Assembly: GCF_006345805.1 (NCBI RefSeq)
Contig: NC_042998.1
Location: forward strand, 13,950,001 to 14,014,000
DNA length: 64,000 nucleotides
Direction of reading: 5' to 3'
Source of the DNA: Octopus sinensis
Lineage: Eukaryota
Part shown: positions 27,041-42,015 of the stretch, piece after piece
How the letters are laid out: every line of letters starts with the position of its first letter
Numbering within the stretch: position 1 is the stretch's first letter
The notes under the pieces: generated by a model
What the model was told of the DNA's origin: nothing
Databases searched by the model: none
The model's input: the letters and a program-made list of their open reading frames with translations, nothing else
Translations under genes and position numbers: made by a program

Positions 27041-28671
27041 AATACTACTAGGTATTTTGATAGTGACCACTCTGCCGAGTCTTTAAATCTTCCGCCTTTA
27101 GTAGTAAGAGAAGACCCAAACAAAAGCAATATCAAAATCACACATGTCTGCATTGGCGGAAAGAAAAGAAATTGAACTCGAAAACGGCGGGGTTTGTTAT
27201 TATTGAAAATAAATAAACAAATGGATAAATAAATAAGTAAATGACTAATACTAGGTGTTTTGATAGTGACTAACTCTGCCGATTCTTTTAATGTTCCGCC
27301 TTTAGTAGTAAGAGAAGACCCAAAACAATAACAATATCAAAATTACACACGTCTGCATTGGCGGATGGACAGAAATTTGAAGTTTTATTATAACGTCAGT
27401 GGAAGTAGAGGCAGAAAGAGAAGCGACGTCGACGACCCCTAACAACAACAACAACAACAACAACATCAGTAGATAGCTGCAGCCGCGGAAACGACAGCTA
27501 GACAAGTTTTTACGAAGATAACTTCAGCATCAGCTGCAACTACAGCAGCAGTAGCAGCAATTGTAGTTGCAGCAGAGCAAGCAGCCACATAAGTTATACC
27601 GTAGCAGCAACAGTAATATCATTAACAACAACAAATACATAAAAGTCACCAGTGGAAACAAGAACAACAACAACAAGAACAACAACAGAAGAAGCAGCAG
27701 TAACAGCAGAAGTAGCAACTACAGCAGCAACTACAGCAGCAGCATCAGCACTGTAGCAACTTCTGATGCGACGGAGTCAACAGTAATAGTAGTTATAGCC
27801 GTCAGAACAGAAATAACCAATAAAGCGGCAACAGCCGCAGCAGTAGTAATAGTTGTTGTAACATAACTATAACAACAACAACAACAACAACAACAGTAAC
27901 AGCAATAACAAACAACAACACCTTAGCATAGCCAACTATAGCGCCCCCATATGGTCACTCAACTTGCTAGAGATAGCAGTGAATTATTTCTTATATCATA
28001 AACGGCTGTTATAAGCAAGCACAGGTGGTAGTTAATAATGTAATCCGAGTTAACATTGAAATAGTGAGAATTGGTCACGGTTGACGGTGTATGCCAGCTT
28101 AAATAATGCTGGCCTAGGGTTAAATAACAGCAACATCAACATGAGCAGCAGTGGCAGTAGCAGCAGCAGCAACGGTAGCTGCGGCAATTAGCAAATATGT
28201 CTGTAATATTTGTTGTTGTTTTAGACTCATGTCTGACCGGCTACGGCAGATTTTGACATATATTTGTAGCCATGATCATTCATTTTTATTTTCCCCCAGT
28301 AGTCCACCTAAGAATACATTACCCAATGTGTCAAATTTATTCTTATGAATATATAGGGCGTGAAAAACCGAGTGTGTCTTAGCTGTTAGTTCTAGAATGA
28401 AAAACTGGCTGCGTAGAGGTGCCTCTCATTGGCTCGTATCTGTAACGGCAATAACAAACAACAGCCGCCACACTCTCAGCAGCAGCACAGCAGTGGCGAA
28501 AGCAGCAACAGAACCACCACCACCACCACTGCCACCACTACCACCAATACCACCACTACCACCTCCACTACCACAACCAGCACCGATAACAGTTATGGAA
28601 CAAAAATACTGCAAAACAACAGAAGCAAAAATAATAGCAGTAGTTACACTAGCAGCAACAACAGCAGCACC

Positions 28672-28718
<47 letters not shown>

Positions 28719-29964
28719 CGGTAGCAGCAGCGGCAGCGGCAGCAGCAGCATGAACGGCAGTAGGAACAGGAGCGTAAACTTTAACGATAGCATTGTTAAT
28801 AATTGTAGGTTAAGGGTTTCTTGTGTTGTGGTTGATTTTGTTCATCCTCATTCCAGGGGCAGACCTCTGTTTAAAATAAAGCCCATTCCTGCCGTGACTA
28901 TCCCTTCTTTTTTTTTCTTTTGGGTGAGAAGTGATGACCTTGTTATTGACAAAATTCTTTCCTTAAACAACAGAAAGAAAGGGATTTATTTGAAAATTCG
29001 CTGCTTTTTTTTTAACACGTTGAGTGAATCTAAGAAGGGCCTGGCTTATATGTCTCGTGCAAAAGGGCTGCAATAGGGATCAAAGGGGGAGCTGGGTGGG
29101 AATACAAATAACGTAGTAAACATCAGCATCAACATCATTAATAACAAACAACACCGAAAATATTAGCAGTAATCGTGACAGCAAAAAGCAACAGTAGTAG
29201 TATTAGCAGCAGCTGGAAGTGAAGTAACACGACAGATATATAAACTTCAATATCTGCAGCAAAGACAACAACAACAGCAGCAACAACAACGACAGCTACA
29301 TCAGCAGCAATAACATCATGTATGCTGTAGCTCTATTTGATCGATGGATCGCTGCGCAAACAAATAAACAAACATCAACACATACACACATATACAGCGT
29401 AACGATGAATGACATAGCAATCCTCTCGCTCTCACTACACACAGATACACACACACACAAGCACACATGCACACATACACACATACACACTCGCATATAC
29501 TCAGAGATATATATATAGGTACGTATATATATATATATATATATATATATACTTATATATTTACACATACACACACACAGACACATTATTTTACTCTTAC
29601 TGATTTCATCCAGAGGCTGGGGCCTTGCTGGGTACCACGTTTATGGTTTTCGTTAATATTTCAATCCCTTTTTCCCGGTTCTCTCACCAGAACCGGTTCT
29701 AGTGAAGTAGCGTGTTCGACATATATGCTGTTATTTACGTTTATTTCTGTGATGTGGTTCATCTGGTACTTGAGCGAAAAAATTTGTCCAAATATTCTTA
29801 GAATCCATCAATATATATATACATACACATATAAATAGTATTTATATATGTATATATATAGAAATTCCATATGTGTGTGTCTGCACACACAAGATACACA
29901 CACATATATATGTATGTATAATGAGTGTGTTTGTATATGTGTGTATGTATATGTGTGGTCTTTT

Positions 29965-30333
29965 CTTTTATTCTTTTACTTGTTTCAGTCATTTAACTGA
30001 GTCCATGCTGGAGCACCGCCTTTAGTAGAACAAATTAACCTCAGGAGTTATTTTTTTGTAAGTCAAGTACTTCTTCTGTCGGTCGTTTAACCGAACCCCG
30101 AGTTGCCATGCGATGGTTGTGATAGTGGAGGGGCCAAACAGACACACAAAAATATACACACATATATATATATAAGTATGTGTGTGCGTGTGTTTATATA
30201 TACGATGGGCTTCTTTAAGTTTCCGTCTACCAAATCCACTCATAAGCCTTTTGTCGGCCCGAGTGTATAGTAGATTTGCCAAAGGTACCACGCAGTGGGA
30301 CTGAACACAGAACATGAGGTTGGGAAGCAACCA
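29965..30333 (-). mobile_element. SINE family B, diverged
   Basis: TTACTTGTTTCAGTCATT...CCATGCTGGAGCACCGCC...CGCAGTGGGACTGAAC; abuts a T2 tail fragment at about 30340-30415. Confidence 0.75.
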
Positions 30334-30558
30334 CATGCATGTTAATTTCACGAGCAAGCTGTTCCGTTGATCATATCGGCTGGGACCCTGGTCGTCGTAA
30401 CCGACAGTGTGCTCCTATATATATATTTATAAGCCTCTGTACGTTATGTTTCCCTAATCCATAATCTGTACTTCCCTTTGACCTGTGCTTGATATTCAAT
30501 CTTTTATCTCTTTATTTTTTATTGTAGGTTAGGCCTACTGTCCCTCTCTGACTCACTA

Positions 30559-30592
<34 letters not shown>

Positions 30593-31569
30593 TTTGTACT
30601 TTCTCTTTCATATTTGGTCCACTATCTGACATGAACTCATTCAATCTACTTTTCAATTTCCCTTATCTTTAACTTGTATTAGCTTTCGCATTTAGATATG
30701 AAGTTTAACAACGAGAATCCAATGAGGTCCGTCGCCTATGGGTCACATAATTTACTCGGAAGGACAGTCGAATCTCCTTCATGTAACATATTACAAACCT
30801 TGAGCTCCTAAGATTCCTGCATAGTTGGAGGGCATTTGATCATAGTTCACCGCCATCAGAGTTTACATCTTTATGAAACACCTAAAGCCAAGGTAAGTGC
30901 GTCAGCGTAATAGATTGATCTAATGCAATTTGCAACAAAGATGACTCAAGTCCACCCGAATGTCATTTGAAGAATTGAAGGGAGAGGGAGAGGTGGAGAG
31001 AGAAACAGAGAGAGAGAGAGAGAAAAAGAGAGAGAGAGAGAGTAAAATTCAGTGAGACAGAGAAATAAGGGAGAGTGAGAGTGATGAAACTGTACTGTGC
31101 AATGTACTTCATGATCGTTTATGCTTTGCTTGCTTCTGTCTTTGAAATGTGGCCAGGTTGGGATAAGGATTTCAAGGTTTACAACCAAAGCCTATCAAGA
31201 GAATTACAGATGCTTATTCCATCGGTCTCTTTTTTCGGGCCCATTAACATAGGTGTACCGAAAGAAGCGAACGCCATTTGTCAAGTGCTGGCGTAGGTGA
31301 CTAACATAGACGCAAAGACACACACACACACATATACACTTACAGAGAGTAGTAGTTATTCTTTTGGTCTATTTTGCCGAACTTACAGGGACGTAAACAC
31401 ACCAAAATCGATTGTCAAGTGGTAGGTGGGTGACAAACACAGACACAAAGACACTCATACATAGATATATACTTTTATATGACTGACTTCTTTCAGTTTC
31501 CGTCAAACAAATCCACTCGCAAAGCTTTTGTTGCCTTAAGGCAATAGTAGAAGGTGTCAAGGTGGCCTC

Positions 31570-31788
31570 TATGTATGCATGTATGTATGTATGTATGTAT
31601 GTATGTATGTATGTATGTATGTATGTATGTATGTATGCATGTATGTATGTATGTATGTATGAATGTATGTATGTATGTATGTATGTATGTATGTATGTAT
31701 GTATGTATGTATGTATGTATGTATGTATGTATCTATGTATGTATGTATGTATGTATGTATGTATGTATCTATCTATCTATCTATCTAT
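31570..31788. repeat. (TATG)n then (TATC)n microsatellite
   Basis: Directly visible. Confidence 0.95.
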
Positions 31789-32622
31789 TTACACACTCAC
31801 ACGCATCTCAACGACGGTTTCCGTATATGGAATTAACTTAAGAGGTACTGATCGGTCCATGGCTATAATAAAGATAATCGCCCAAGTTGCAGCGCAGGAA
31901 GCACTGAACTGGAAACCACGAGTTTCTCGGAGCAAACATCCGCACCACACAGTTACGCCTGAAGTTATGATATCTAACAAAGCAAGATAATCAGGACTGG
32001 AACAATTTTGATTGAGTTCTACGCCATTTCGGAGACCAAAATTTCAGATAAGATCCAATAAGTGGACCTTCACGTGATAATATTTCCTTTAAAAAAAATC
32101 ATCGAAGCAAAGAACAAATTCATTCATATTTCCCTATTCTGAACTAACAAGCCTTATACACACGGTTGCTTAAAAGTTCTTGGCTTTGAGTAAAAGAAAA
32201 TACAGGATGCTCAGCCACGATTTTATCCAACATATTCCCTTCTCGTGTTCACACAATTATTGGAGAGGTCTTCAAGCGGTCTTGAAGTTCTGTAAAAATA
32301 ACTTGGAACTTTGGCCCTCCAACCAGGCCTTTCGTGATATCCTTAACGCCAGGAATTTGTCAGCACCCTCTCTGCAGATCTGAGGCTGAGCCTTGACGTG
32401 AATGGTGTGAATGGGTTCTGAACAGAAAATAGATGAATCAATTGGTTGTTGATCTGTCCAACGTATATTTATGTGTAAGTGTGCAGTTATGCATTATGCA
32501 TTTTCACACACAAGAACACACAGAAACACACATACACCCATCCACCGACACATACATACCTACATACAGATACATATGCAAATAGATGGATAGATAAATA
32601 AAAACATAGAGAGATGGATGGA

Positions 32623-33000
32623 AGCACTCCGTCGGTTACGACGACGAGGGTTCCGGTTGATCCGATCAACGGAACAACCTGCTCGTGAAATTAACGTGTA
32701 AGTGGCTGAGCATTCCTCAGACACGTGTACCCTTAACGTAGATCTCGGGGAAATTCAGCGTGACACAGAGAGTGACAAGGCCGGCCCGTTGAAATACAGG
32801 TACAACAGAAACAGGAAGTAAGAGTGAGAGAGAGTTGTGGTGAAAGAGTACAGCAGGGATCACCACCATCCCTGCCGGAGCATCGTGGAGCTTTTAATTG
32901 TTTTCGCTCAATAAACACTCACAACGCTCGGTCTGGGAATCGAAACCGCGATCCTACGACCGCGAGTCCGCTGCCCTAACAACTGGGCCATTGCGCCTCC
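32623..33000 (-). mobile_element. tRNA-derived SINE family C (head H2, tail T2)
   Basis: Minus strand starts GGAGGCGCAATGGCCCAGTTGTTAGGGCAGCGGACTCGCGG, B-box GGTTTCGATTCCC; homologous to 34890-35267. Confidence 0.85.
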
Positions 33001-34889
33001 ATAGAGAGATAGCTACTTAGATAAATAGATTTACTATATATTTCATGTAATCTACATTTCTAACATATCCATCTACTTGAGATGCTTTTTCCCAATCTTA
33101 TCCAGATATCTCTCTTACCGTTTCCCTTCTTTTCTTTTATTTCCGCCAATTTCAAAGGATATATATTCTTCGATTAACGAGTGGTTTCGAAATTTACGCA
33201 TTTTAAATATCTATTTCGACTGCTGTCAATATAATAGATCTTCAACGTGAGTTTGTTTCGATTACTACATATCTGTTTCTCTCTTGGTTGTGAATCTCAC
33301 TGCTTTAACAGCTAATATGTACCAGTGGCTGTTTAATGTGTGGGCTACGTGTCCCCCTGCTAATACTAGGGAGTTAGAATAGGCATAGATATCTTGTAGT
33401 AAATCTTATATCTCGAAAAGATATATAGAAACCTTAATCGTAATTTAAAAACATAGAAACGCGAACACACACACGCACACGCACACTCACATACACCTAT
33501 AATGAGTGTCGTACGTACGTAGTGTCTGCCTGTACATCTTCTGCATCACAAAAACCCATAGGCAGTAAGATAAACCTAGATATGTTTCGACCAACGATTG
33601 GTCCAGGCCATGTCTAACTTAACAGCACCACCTGATAGGATTATCTAAATCCTGTTTAAGTCAAGTTTTGTTTATGGTCCGTTCAAGTAGTTCCAATGAT
33701 AAATTTTTAGTCTCCAAATATTTACAAATACTGCGGAAATATATTTATATATATATATATAAAATTTTTAGGCAGGGTGGAGGTGATCCACAGCACAGAG
33801 ATGGGTGTGGCACTGTTGTATCCAGACTGTTGATAACAACTTTGGGAAGGCCAGAACAAATGTGGCGAATGAAAAGTGCCTAAGTAGAAAAGAGTCATCA
33901 CCATGTTCCCCCATCTGAACAAAGACTGCATATTTGCCTCTGGTACGTCATAATCTCTCGTTGATTGGTCGGTGTACACATATACTACAAACGTAATTGG
34001 CAGGAGATTATGACATGCTGGCATGTACCGTGCTTTTTCTAATTGCTTGCGGTGTCTATGTGATCACGTGGAGATATACACGCCGCTCAGCCTCCAAAAT
34101 TAATACAGCATAACGTCCTTGTGTGGACTCATTCTAAGCAGGTAGAGATAATCCACATGAAAGGAAGGGTCTTGCCCAACGTTATAATGTGCTCTCCTCT
34201 GTAGGAAAGCAGTCAACCTCATTTTATAAATATGTCTGTTGAAGTATCATAATAGCATGAAACTATCAGTAGGCTCTTTTGGTTGTGTATTTAATTGTAT
34301 ATGTGTGTGTATGTGTCTGTGCGTGTGTTTGTGCGCGTGTGTATATGTCTGTGTGTAAAACTTTTGCGGCCATCGGCTTTGTTTGAACATATGATTTATA
34401 TCTATAATTAATTAAATACGCGAAACGCTCTGTGTCAAATGGGTGTCTCCATAGATGTGTTTTTGGTGTTAATGATATGTAAAAATATACTTGTGCTTGC
34501 CAACATTTTCACTATTACTTTCCATTATATTAATGAATTACAGCAAAACTTGCGCCGTAGTTTTGTATATATTCAATAGACCCTAAACGTATGGTTTAAT
34601 GTTATTATTCTCATATTCATATTGAATGTTTTGTAAATATATGAATTATATTTCATATTGCTTATGCATTTTTACATTGTGTATCTTAGTATGGCTTTTG
34701 TTCTTTCTTATAACAAATGAATAATTGTGAGCCAGATTGTTAGTATCTATGTATCTGTTTGTATGCGTGTATATCTATAGATTCCACTTAAATATAACGA
34801 TAGTAATAAACAGTTGGTAGGACACATTATACTTACATCCAATCATCTGGGCAATATAGCAAGTACTATCACCACATATTTATGGAGGT

Positions 34890-35267
34890 GGAGGTGCAAT
34901 GGCGCAGTGGTTATGGCAGCGGACTGGCGGTCATAAGATCACGGTTTCGATTCCCAGACCGGGCGTTGTGAGTGTTTATTGAGCGAAAACACCTAAAGCT
35001 CCACGAGGCTCCAGCAGGGGATCGTGACGAACCCTGCTGTACTCTTTCACCACAACTTTCTCTCACTCTTACTTCCTGGTTCTGTTGTGTCTGTAATTCA
35101 AAGGGCCAGGCTTTTCACATTCTGTGTCACGCTGAATATCCCCGAGAACTACGCTAAGAGTACACGTGTCTGTGGGGTGCTCAGCCACTTGCACGTTAAT
35201 TTCACGTGCAGGCTGTTCCGTTGATCGGATCAACTGGAACCCTCGTCGTCGTAAGCGACGGAGTGCC
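34890..35267 (+). mobile_element. tRNA-derived SINE family C (head H2, tail T2)
   Basis: A-box TGGCGCAGTGG, B-box GGTTTCGATTCCC; ends CGTCGTCGTAAGCGACGGAGTGCC. Confidence 0.85.
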
Positions 35268-35790
35268 AACAATCGACACATGTACATACACAACTAAAGA
35301 AAAGACAAACAGATAACATATACAACTTTCAGATTAAATATTGTTACATTTGTGTGTGTATGTATGTGTACGCGCTCGCAAATAGTTATGGAGAGCATTT
35401 TAGGGAACGCAAATATGCAAAAATAATTTTATTTTATTACTATTTTTTTACAGAATCACATTTTCTGGTATATGGTCCCCGCGTAGAAATTTGATATTTC
35501 AACCTATACATCATTTCAGGTTTGCTGGTTTAAACAAGAAGTTACAAGATCATCCCTTCTTTGTACGGTCGATTTTCCCTTTCGGAAGTATTACTGACTG
35601 CATGTTCTGGGAAATCCTTCCTGAACCTTTTGATGTGATAATTCTTAACTATTGGCATTTATCAAAATATGACATATACAAGCATGAAAAATACTGGTAC
35701 CTTGCAAGTTTTCTTCGTTTATTATTGTTGCCCTTGCTGATGTTATTATTATTATTATTGTTATTATCATCATCATCATCATCATCATCA

Positions 35791-35836
<46 letters not shown>

Positions 35837-36008
35837 TATTATTATTATTATTATTATTATTAAATTTAATGTTATGCAAGAGAAATGTGATGTTTATAAA
35901 TAAAGATATTATAAAAATAGTCGTCGCTGCAACATCCCTTATGCTAAATGCTAAAGTTTGATGAAAGGATTTTACTATATCATTTAGAATATCTATATTT
36001 TGTGTTGT

Positions 36009-36290
36009 GAAGGAATATGGTCTAGTGGTTAGAGCAGCGGACTTGCGGTCGAGGGATCGCGGGTTCGACGTGTGTGTTTATGAGCAAAACACCTAAACTC
36101 CACGCGGCTCCGGCAGAAGGAAATGGCGAACCTCTGCTGACTCTTTCGCCATAACTTTCTCTCACACTTTCCACCTGCATCTTACATCTCACCTGCGACA
36201 GACCGGCATCCCGTCCAGGTGGGGGATCTATACGCCAAGGAAACCGGGAAACCGGCCCTTATGAGCCACGCCTGGCTCGTGAAGGAACAA
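36009..36290 (+). mobile_element. SINE with H2-like head and T1-like tail
   Basis: TGGTCTAGTGGTTAGAGCAGCGGACTTGCGG head; tail GAAACCGGGAAACCGGCCCTTATGAGCC resembles the tail of 400-621. Confidence 0.7.
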
Positions 36291-36370
36291 ATAAAACAAC
36301 AATATTTTGGGTTGACAAAAGTTAGCTGTTCATATCTGTGGCAGACAAAATACCGCTAAGCATGATGAAG

Positions 36371-36603
36371 ACGGCGATCTGGCAGAAACGTTAGCAGGCC
36401 GGGCGAGATGCTTAGCGGTATTTTGTCTGCCGTTACGTTCTGAGTTCAAATTCCGCCAAGGTCGACTTTGCCTTTCATCATTTTGGGGTCGATTAAATAA
36501 GTACCAGTTACGCACTGGGGTTGATATAATCGACTTAATCCGTTTGTCTGTCCATGTTTGTCCTGTCTGTGTTTAGTCCCTTGTTGGTAGTAATGAAATA
36601 GGT
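36371..36603 (+). mobile_element. SINE family A
   Basis: Full-length homologue of 7856-8078. Confidence 0.9.
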
Positions 36604-37396
36604 AGTAATCGCTGATAAAAGGCTTTATATGTAATAGGTTTCGCACATTTGAGCACTTATAGAATGTTAATGCTAAAGCAGAGCATAATTTTGTACGTAT
36701 GTGTGTGCCTAGGTGTGTGTGTGTGCGTAGGTGTGTATGAGTGTAAGTTTGTATATGCACACATACATATATACATACGTGGGTATCTCTATATACGTAT
36801 ATATGAGAATGTGGGAAAATAAACGCATATGTATGTATACGTACACGCGCGCACATAAATATATATTTAAACACGCTCTCGAACGCTTTAAAACAAAAAC
36901 AAAAGCTATCCTAAAATTGCTTTTCATTCACGCAATTATGATATTTAATCTCCTTCAAGAAAAATGTCTCTGGTGCTCAAATGAATCTCCGCCTCTCTGA
37001 AAAATATTTACAGCTCTTAGTACAGTCCGTTGTGGTTATGACGATAGTTATGTATCTGTCTAGTCGTGGCAATTATTACTGAGATAGAAGACGCATTCCT
37101 TAGCTGAAATAATTACTATTATTTTATTTCAATAACTGGCACATTATTGGCATTTCCGTCTTCGAAATGATGTTATCTTTACTGTGTGTAAAAGGGTAGT
37201 CGTTGTAATCTAGTTTGACAGTATTTTGTGTTCCTAAACATACGTAGCGAATCTTAGTAATGATGTTTAAGCGTTTAAAGAGTTGATCTGCACTTTTACA
37301 GTGCTTCCAATGAGTTCTTTTCGATTTTGGGAGGAACTGTTGAACATCTTCAGGCGGCGTGGCCGATTTTCTTCGCGAAAACTCCGTGTAGGTGAT

Positions 37397-37625
37397 GGCG
37401 GTGAGCTGGTAGAAACGTTAGCACGCCGAGCGAAATGCGTAGCCGTATTTCGTCTGCCCTTACGCTCTGAGTTCAAATTCCGCCGAGGTTGACTTTGCCT
37501 TTCATCCTTTCGGGTCGATTAAATAAGTACCAGTTACGCACTGGGGTCGATATAATCGACTTATTCCGTTTGTCTGTCCTTGTTTATCCTCTCTGTGTTT
37601 AGCCCCTTGTGGGTAGTAAAGAAAT
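37397..37625 (+). mobile_element. SINE family A
   Basis: Full-length homologue of 7856-8078. Confidence 0.9.
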
Positions 37626-38283
37626 CGATACTTTCATATATAAAGAACATGAATAACTATGTCGGTGACTGCTACCTCAGGAAGATAAGATTTACGCTTC
37701 CTAGTCGGTTATGTATGTGTATGTGTTAGAATTTGTATTTGAAGCAGCTTAATCAATTTAAGCATTAGCAATATGATATAATGCACGTGAGTCTGCAAAA
37801 ACCCTGCAGCTGCGGTATCTAGTTTAGGGATGAGGTTTTGTGTTGTTGAAAAGGACGCATCACCTATCTCAAAACTAGGCGAAACGGAATCGGCTTCGGA
37901 AGAGAAAGTGAATGACAACTACCGATATTTCGCGGACGTTTCCGATCCCCAGTCACACATACTCATCTACCTTCGAAACGACCTGTCTCTACTAGTTACA
38001 GTTATGAATATAAGCAGCGTAAAATTTATATGCTGATATGCAAATGCGTAACACAAAGATAACAAAGTTGGAATTCGTGTTTCACGCAGTTTAAATAATG
38101 CAACGCTAAAAATATGGCATACATATGTGCATTGTGAAAGGTAGTGAAGCTGCGATTCTTCCTCCTGCTGAAATCTATTTCTACTTGTCTGAGATATGCT
38201 GTGTTTTTAAATACAATAGGTAGATATCGTCGCTTCAGAATCCATTAGTCACTCATATATTTATTCTTTGAGTAAATATACAT

Positions 38284-38542
38284 CAGTGGTACCCAAAGTA
38301 AGCAGTATTGCACCCCTATCTGGGGGCAGAGACAATTTCCAAGGGGGCATTGAATAAAAGTGGGGCGATAATGGGATAGCGATTCATGTAAAAACAGTTT
38401 AAGTTTCATTTGTGAAATACAGTTGCTTTGAATTTACTTCAGAAAAAGGTCTATGTTTGTGATGGTTAGCTGGGGAGGTGGCGCTAGGAATGAGGCCTGG
38501 GTATGAAGAGAACGGCAGCCCGAAAATGTTTGGGAACCAATG
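38284..38542. mobile_element. hAT-superfamily MITE
   Basis: Imperfect TIRs CAGTGGTACCCAAA / TTTGGGAACCAATG; perfect 8-bp TSD ATATACAT (38276-38283, 38543-38550); a degraded relative lies at about 49500-49705. Confidence 0.85.
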
Positions 38543-40084
38543 ATATACATTATCATACTATTCAGTACAATACATCAATTACCTCTGTTCTTACCAATCG
38601 TTTATGCACCTGATGTCAGATACTCAACGATCTTTTTATTGCTCATCCGATTCGGCAGTCGTGGAAAAAAATAATAGCAGTTATGGAATTTTTTCCCACA
38701 ACCTCTGATTCTGCCGAGCACAGTTAATAGATAATCGTGTGATTACATAACATCCTATGTAAAACTTAACATCCTGTAATGGATGAGTTATATTGCACAC
38801 GTAGTTTCATATACATATATAATTTCGGTAGCCATTATATTTGTTTACATACAATGTAAAGTGTTCACGCCAACTGTCTGCTTTCTTTGAATGTACAAAC
38901 TCCAAGTCTCTAGCATATTGCAACCTTGTTATACATTTATTCATTAAAATACAAGTCCAAACTTTTACAAGACGTTCAACTGTCGCAAGAACCGCTAGGC
39001 ATAATAATTAGAAAATCGCCATTGCCAGCAATTATTCTATACTGCTGCTGCTACTAATACTGCTATTACTACTACTACTACTACTAATACCACTGTCGTT
39101 GCTGCTGCTGCTGCTTCTGTTGCCACGGAATTGTTCATCATTAACATTACACTGCTCATTTATAATATTTTGTACTCATATCTCATCATTGTTTTAACTG
39201 CCGCAATGTCTTCTCTTTTCATTGGTGCAATTATTGACTTTCGTTCTCGACAGAAAACTGTTATTGTTGCTGTTGCTGTAGCAGTTCTAATTTTCATCTT
39301 TTTCTTTTTCTTTTTTTTTGTTTTTGTTTTTGTTTCTCTTGTCTAGTATCGGTCAGACATGATTGAGCTAAACACTTGCTGCGCTGTTTTTGCTGTAAAT
39401 GTTATTGTTTATACTTGTCAACTTTACTAAAGGAAAACGATCATGATAACGCCTATGATTAACTTCATCACCACCATCATTGACATCACCATCAAACGGA
39501 TCACGTTAATGATGGAGTGGATATGGTGCCGGCAATAATATTTAAAATATCTCTGCTTTTGCCTAAGTAAAATTGATGAATGGATTAAATAATTATTTTG
39601 ATGAATGTAGAGACAGACGATATTATGAGAGAAAGAGAGAGAGAAATCAGTAGAGGAGGAGGAGGAGATAATTTGTAACCATAGTCTATGTAACATTCTT
39701 GGCTGGACTTGGCTGGATATGACTCAGTCATTTTGAAAATCTCATAGCCTTTTCCGAGAGGACTGGTTGTTAGTCTGTTATCAAACTGCTGTAAACTAGC
39801 AGTATCCCTGAATGGAATCAATTGCAGGAGATAATAACTATCCGTTATTGTGTCAGAGTATTAATGGGTAGCATCAGGTGCGAATGTTTTTATCCCATTA
39901 AACAATCGGAAATCAATAGATCACAGAGATTCGGTCTTTTTTCCAAAATAGCGCGTCTCTAAATCTAATCGCTGTATTAAACCGCTTCACTAGTCGTCAA
40001 CATAGAAACCCTCTGTGATGATTTCACTTCCCGATCTTTTGCATTCTTCTTTGTATCAATCGAAAATGAGTAACTTCTCTTCAT

Positions 40085-40100
40085 TTCATTATTATTATTA

Positions 40101-40147
<47 letters not shown>

Positions 40148-40305
40148 GTTATTATTATTATTGTTATTATTATTATTATTATCATCATCATTATTATTAT
40201 TATTATTATTATTATCATCATCATCATTACTATTATTATTATTATTTTTATTATTATTATCATTATTAATATTATTATTATTTTTATTATTATTATCATT
40301 ATTAA

Positions 40306-40349
<44 letters not shown>

Positions 40350-40378
40350 TTATTTTTATTATTATAATCATTATTATT

Positions 40379-40422
<44 letters not shown>

Positions 40423-40488
40423 CATCATTATCATTATCATTATTATTATCATTATCATTATTATTATCATTATTATTATTATTTTTAT
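40085..40488. repeat. Compound (ATT)n/(ATC)n microsatellite, about 400 bp
   Basis: Directly visible. Confidence 0.95.
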
Positions 40489-41614
40489 TGCTCGTTTTTA
40501 TTTTCTTTCGAATTACTATTATACGCTGATTTTTGTCATTGTCGTCGTGAGTACGTTGATCTTCTTTTACATGCTATACGTGCTTTTGCGGTTGACTCTA
40601 CATTATGTTTGTAATGACGACAACTAAGACCGTGCTGATGCCGTTGATGATAATGGGGAGGAGCAGAGAATCTGTTTCTCGTGTTGTTTTGTTAATGGCA
40701 TTATTGAATCTTAGATTTACATGAAAATTTGCTGAAATGTTGTTCTCAGACAAATTAACATATTGTAGACTTTTTCTGTATCCATTTTGTTTTTTTTAGT
40801 AGTGAGATGGAGTAGCGAGTAGGTGGTATTTCAATTTATACTTTGTGGTGTAGTTGACTGTAGTGTCTCAAGTAGTTATAAACATTTTACAACGAATATT
40901 AATTTTCTGGATAAACGAAAAGAAAGCTTAACCTAATTCTTCATGCATCGTTGATTTCAGTTTCGTTCTTCGACTTCTGATCAGGAGTGAGTTGCTCGTA
41001 GACTTGATGTCGCCGACTTTCTCTAAGCTATTGAGTACAGCCAATAATCACAGGTATTTCTATAGATGGAAGGTGTGACTCAACTAGTACAGGAACTCAT
41101 ATTGCACTTTCGTGTTGCCGGGAATATAGCACGAATCGATTATTTATTTATTTATTTTATTTTTGCTAACATGCGAAAAATATTGATTTCAAATTTTAGC
41201 ACAAGGCTAGCAATTTCGAGTGACGGAGTAATTTGATGTAATCAATCTCAATATTCAATTTTATCGACCTTGAAGGGATGATAGTCAAAGTCAACCACGG
41301 CAGAATTTCAACTCAGAATGAAAGGCCGAACGAAATGCCGCTAAGCATTTTGCCTGGCGTGTTAACGATTCAGCCAGCTCGCAAAAGCTTAATAAACGCC
41401 AAAAATTGCAATATTTTAATGGAAACTTTTGTCAGCTGCCTAAGTGTTCAAATTGAAAACACTGTAGGAGTTGTTTAGACTTCGTGGGCAGAGCCTAGAA
41501 ACGGAATAACCTCATTAGCCAGTGTTTGGAGAAAAATTAAACCAACACCTATATAAATTACACTCTTTATCTTTATCATTCTTTTTTAGTCTAACTGTTT
41601 CCTTATATATATAT

Positions 41615-42015
41615 TATTTCTTTCAGTCATTAGGTTGTGACTATGCTGGGTCACCGCCTTGGAGAATTTTCAATCGAAAGAATCGGCCCCACTACTTATA
41701 TATTTTGTAAAGCTTGGTATTTCTATCTACCTCTTTTGCTGAATTCCTAGCTTACAGGGACGTAAACACACCAACACCGATTGTCTAGCTAGGGTGGGGG
41801 ACAAACACAGGCATGAAGACACACACACGCATACTCATGCATATATACATTCACGCACTTATATACGACTTGCTTTCAGATTCAGTTGACCAAATCGTCT
41901 CACAAAGTTTAGATACGCCAGAGAAGAGTAGAAATCTTAACATGTCTTGCAGTGGGACTGAACCCAGTAGCATGTTGTTAGAAAGCTACCTTCTTACCAC
42001 ACGGCCACGCCTGCG
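41615..42015 (-). mobile_element. SINE family B, old diverged copy
   Basis: TTTCAGTCATT...GGGACGTAAACACACCA...GCAGTGGGACTGAACCC...ACCACACGGCCACGCCTGCG. Confidence 0.7.

Noticed and set aside
25479-29076. Possible polyQ/polyS/polyT/polyP coding exons (e.g. ORFs 28397-28753, 28429-29076)
   Set aside because: Triplet-repeat low complexity, open in several frames and strands, with no domain or credible splice structure.
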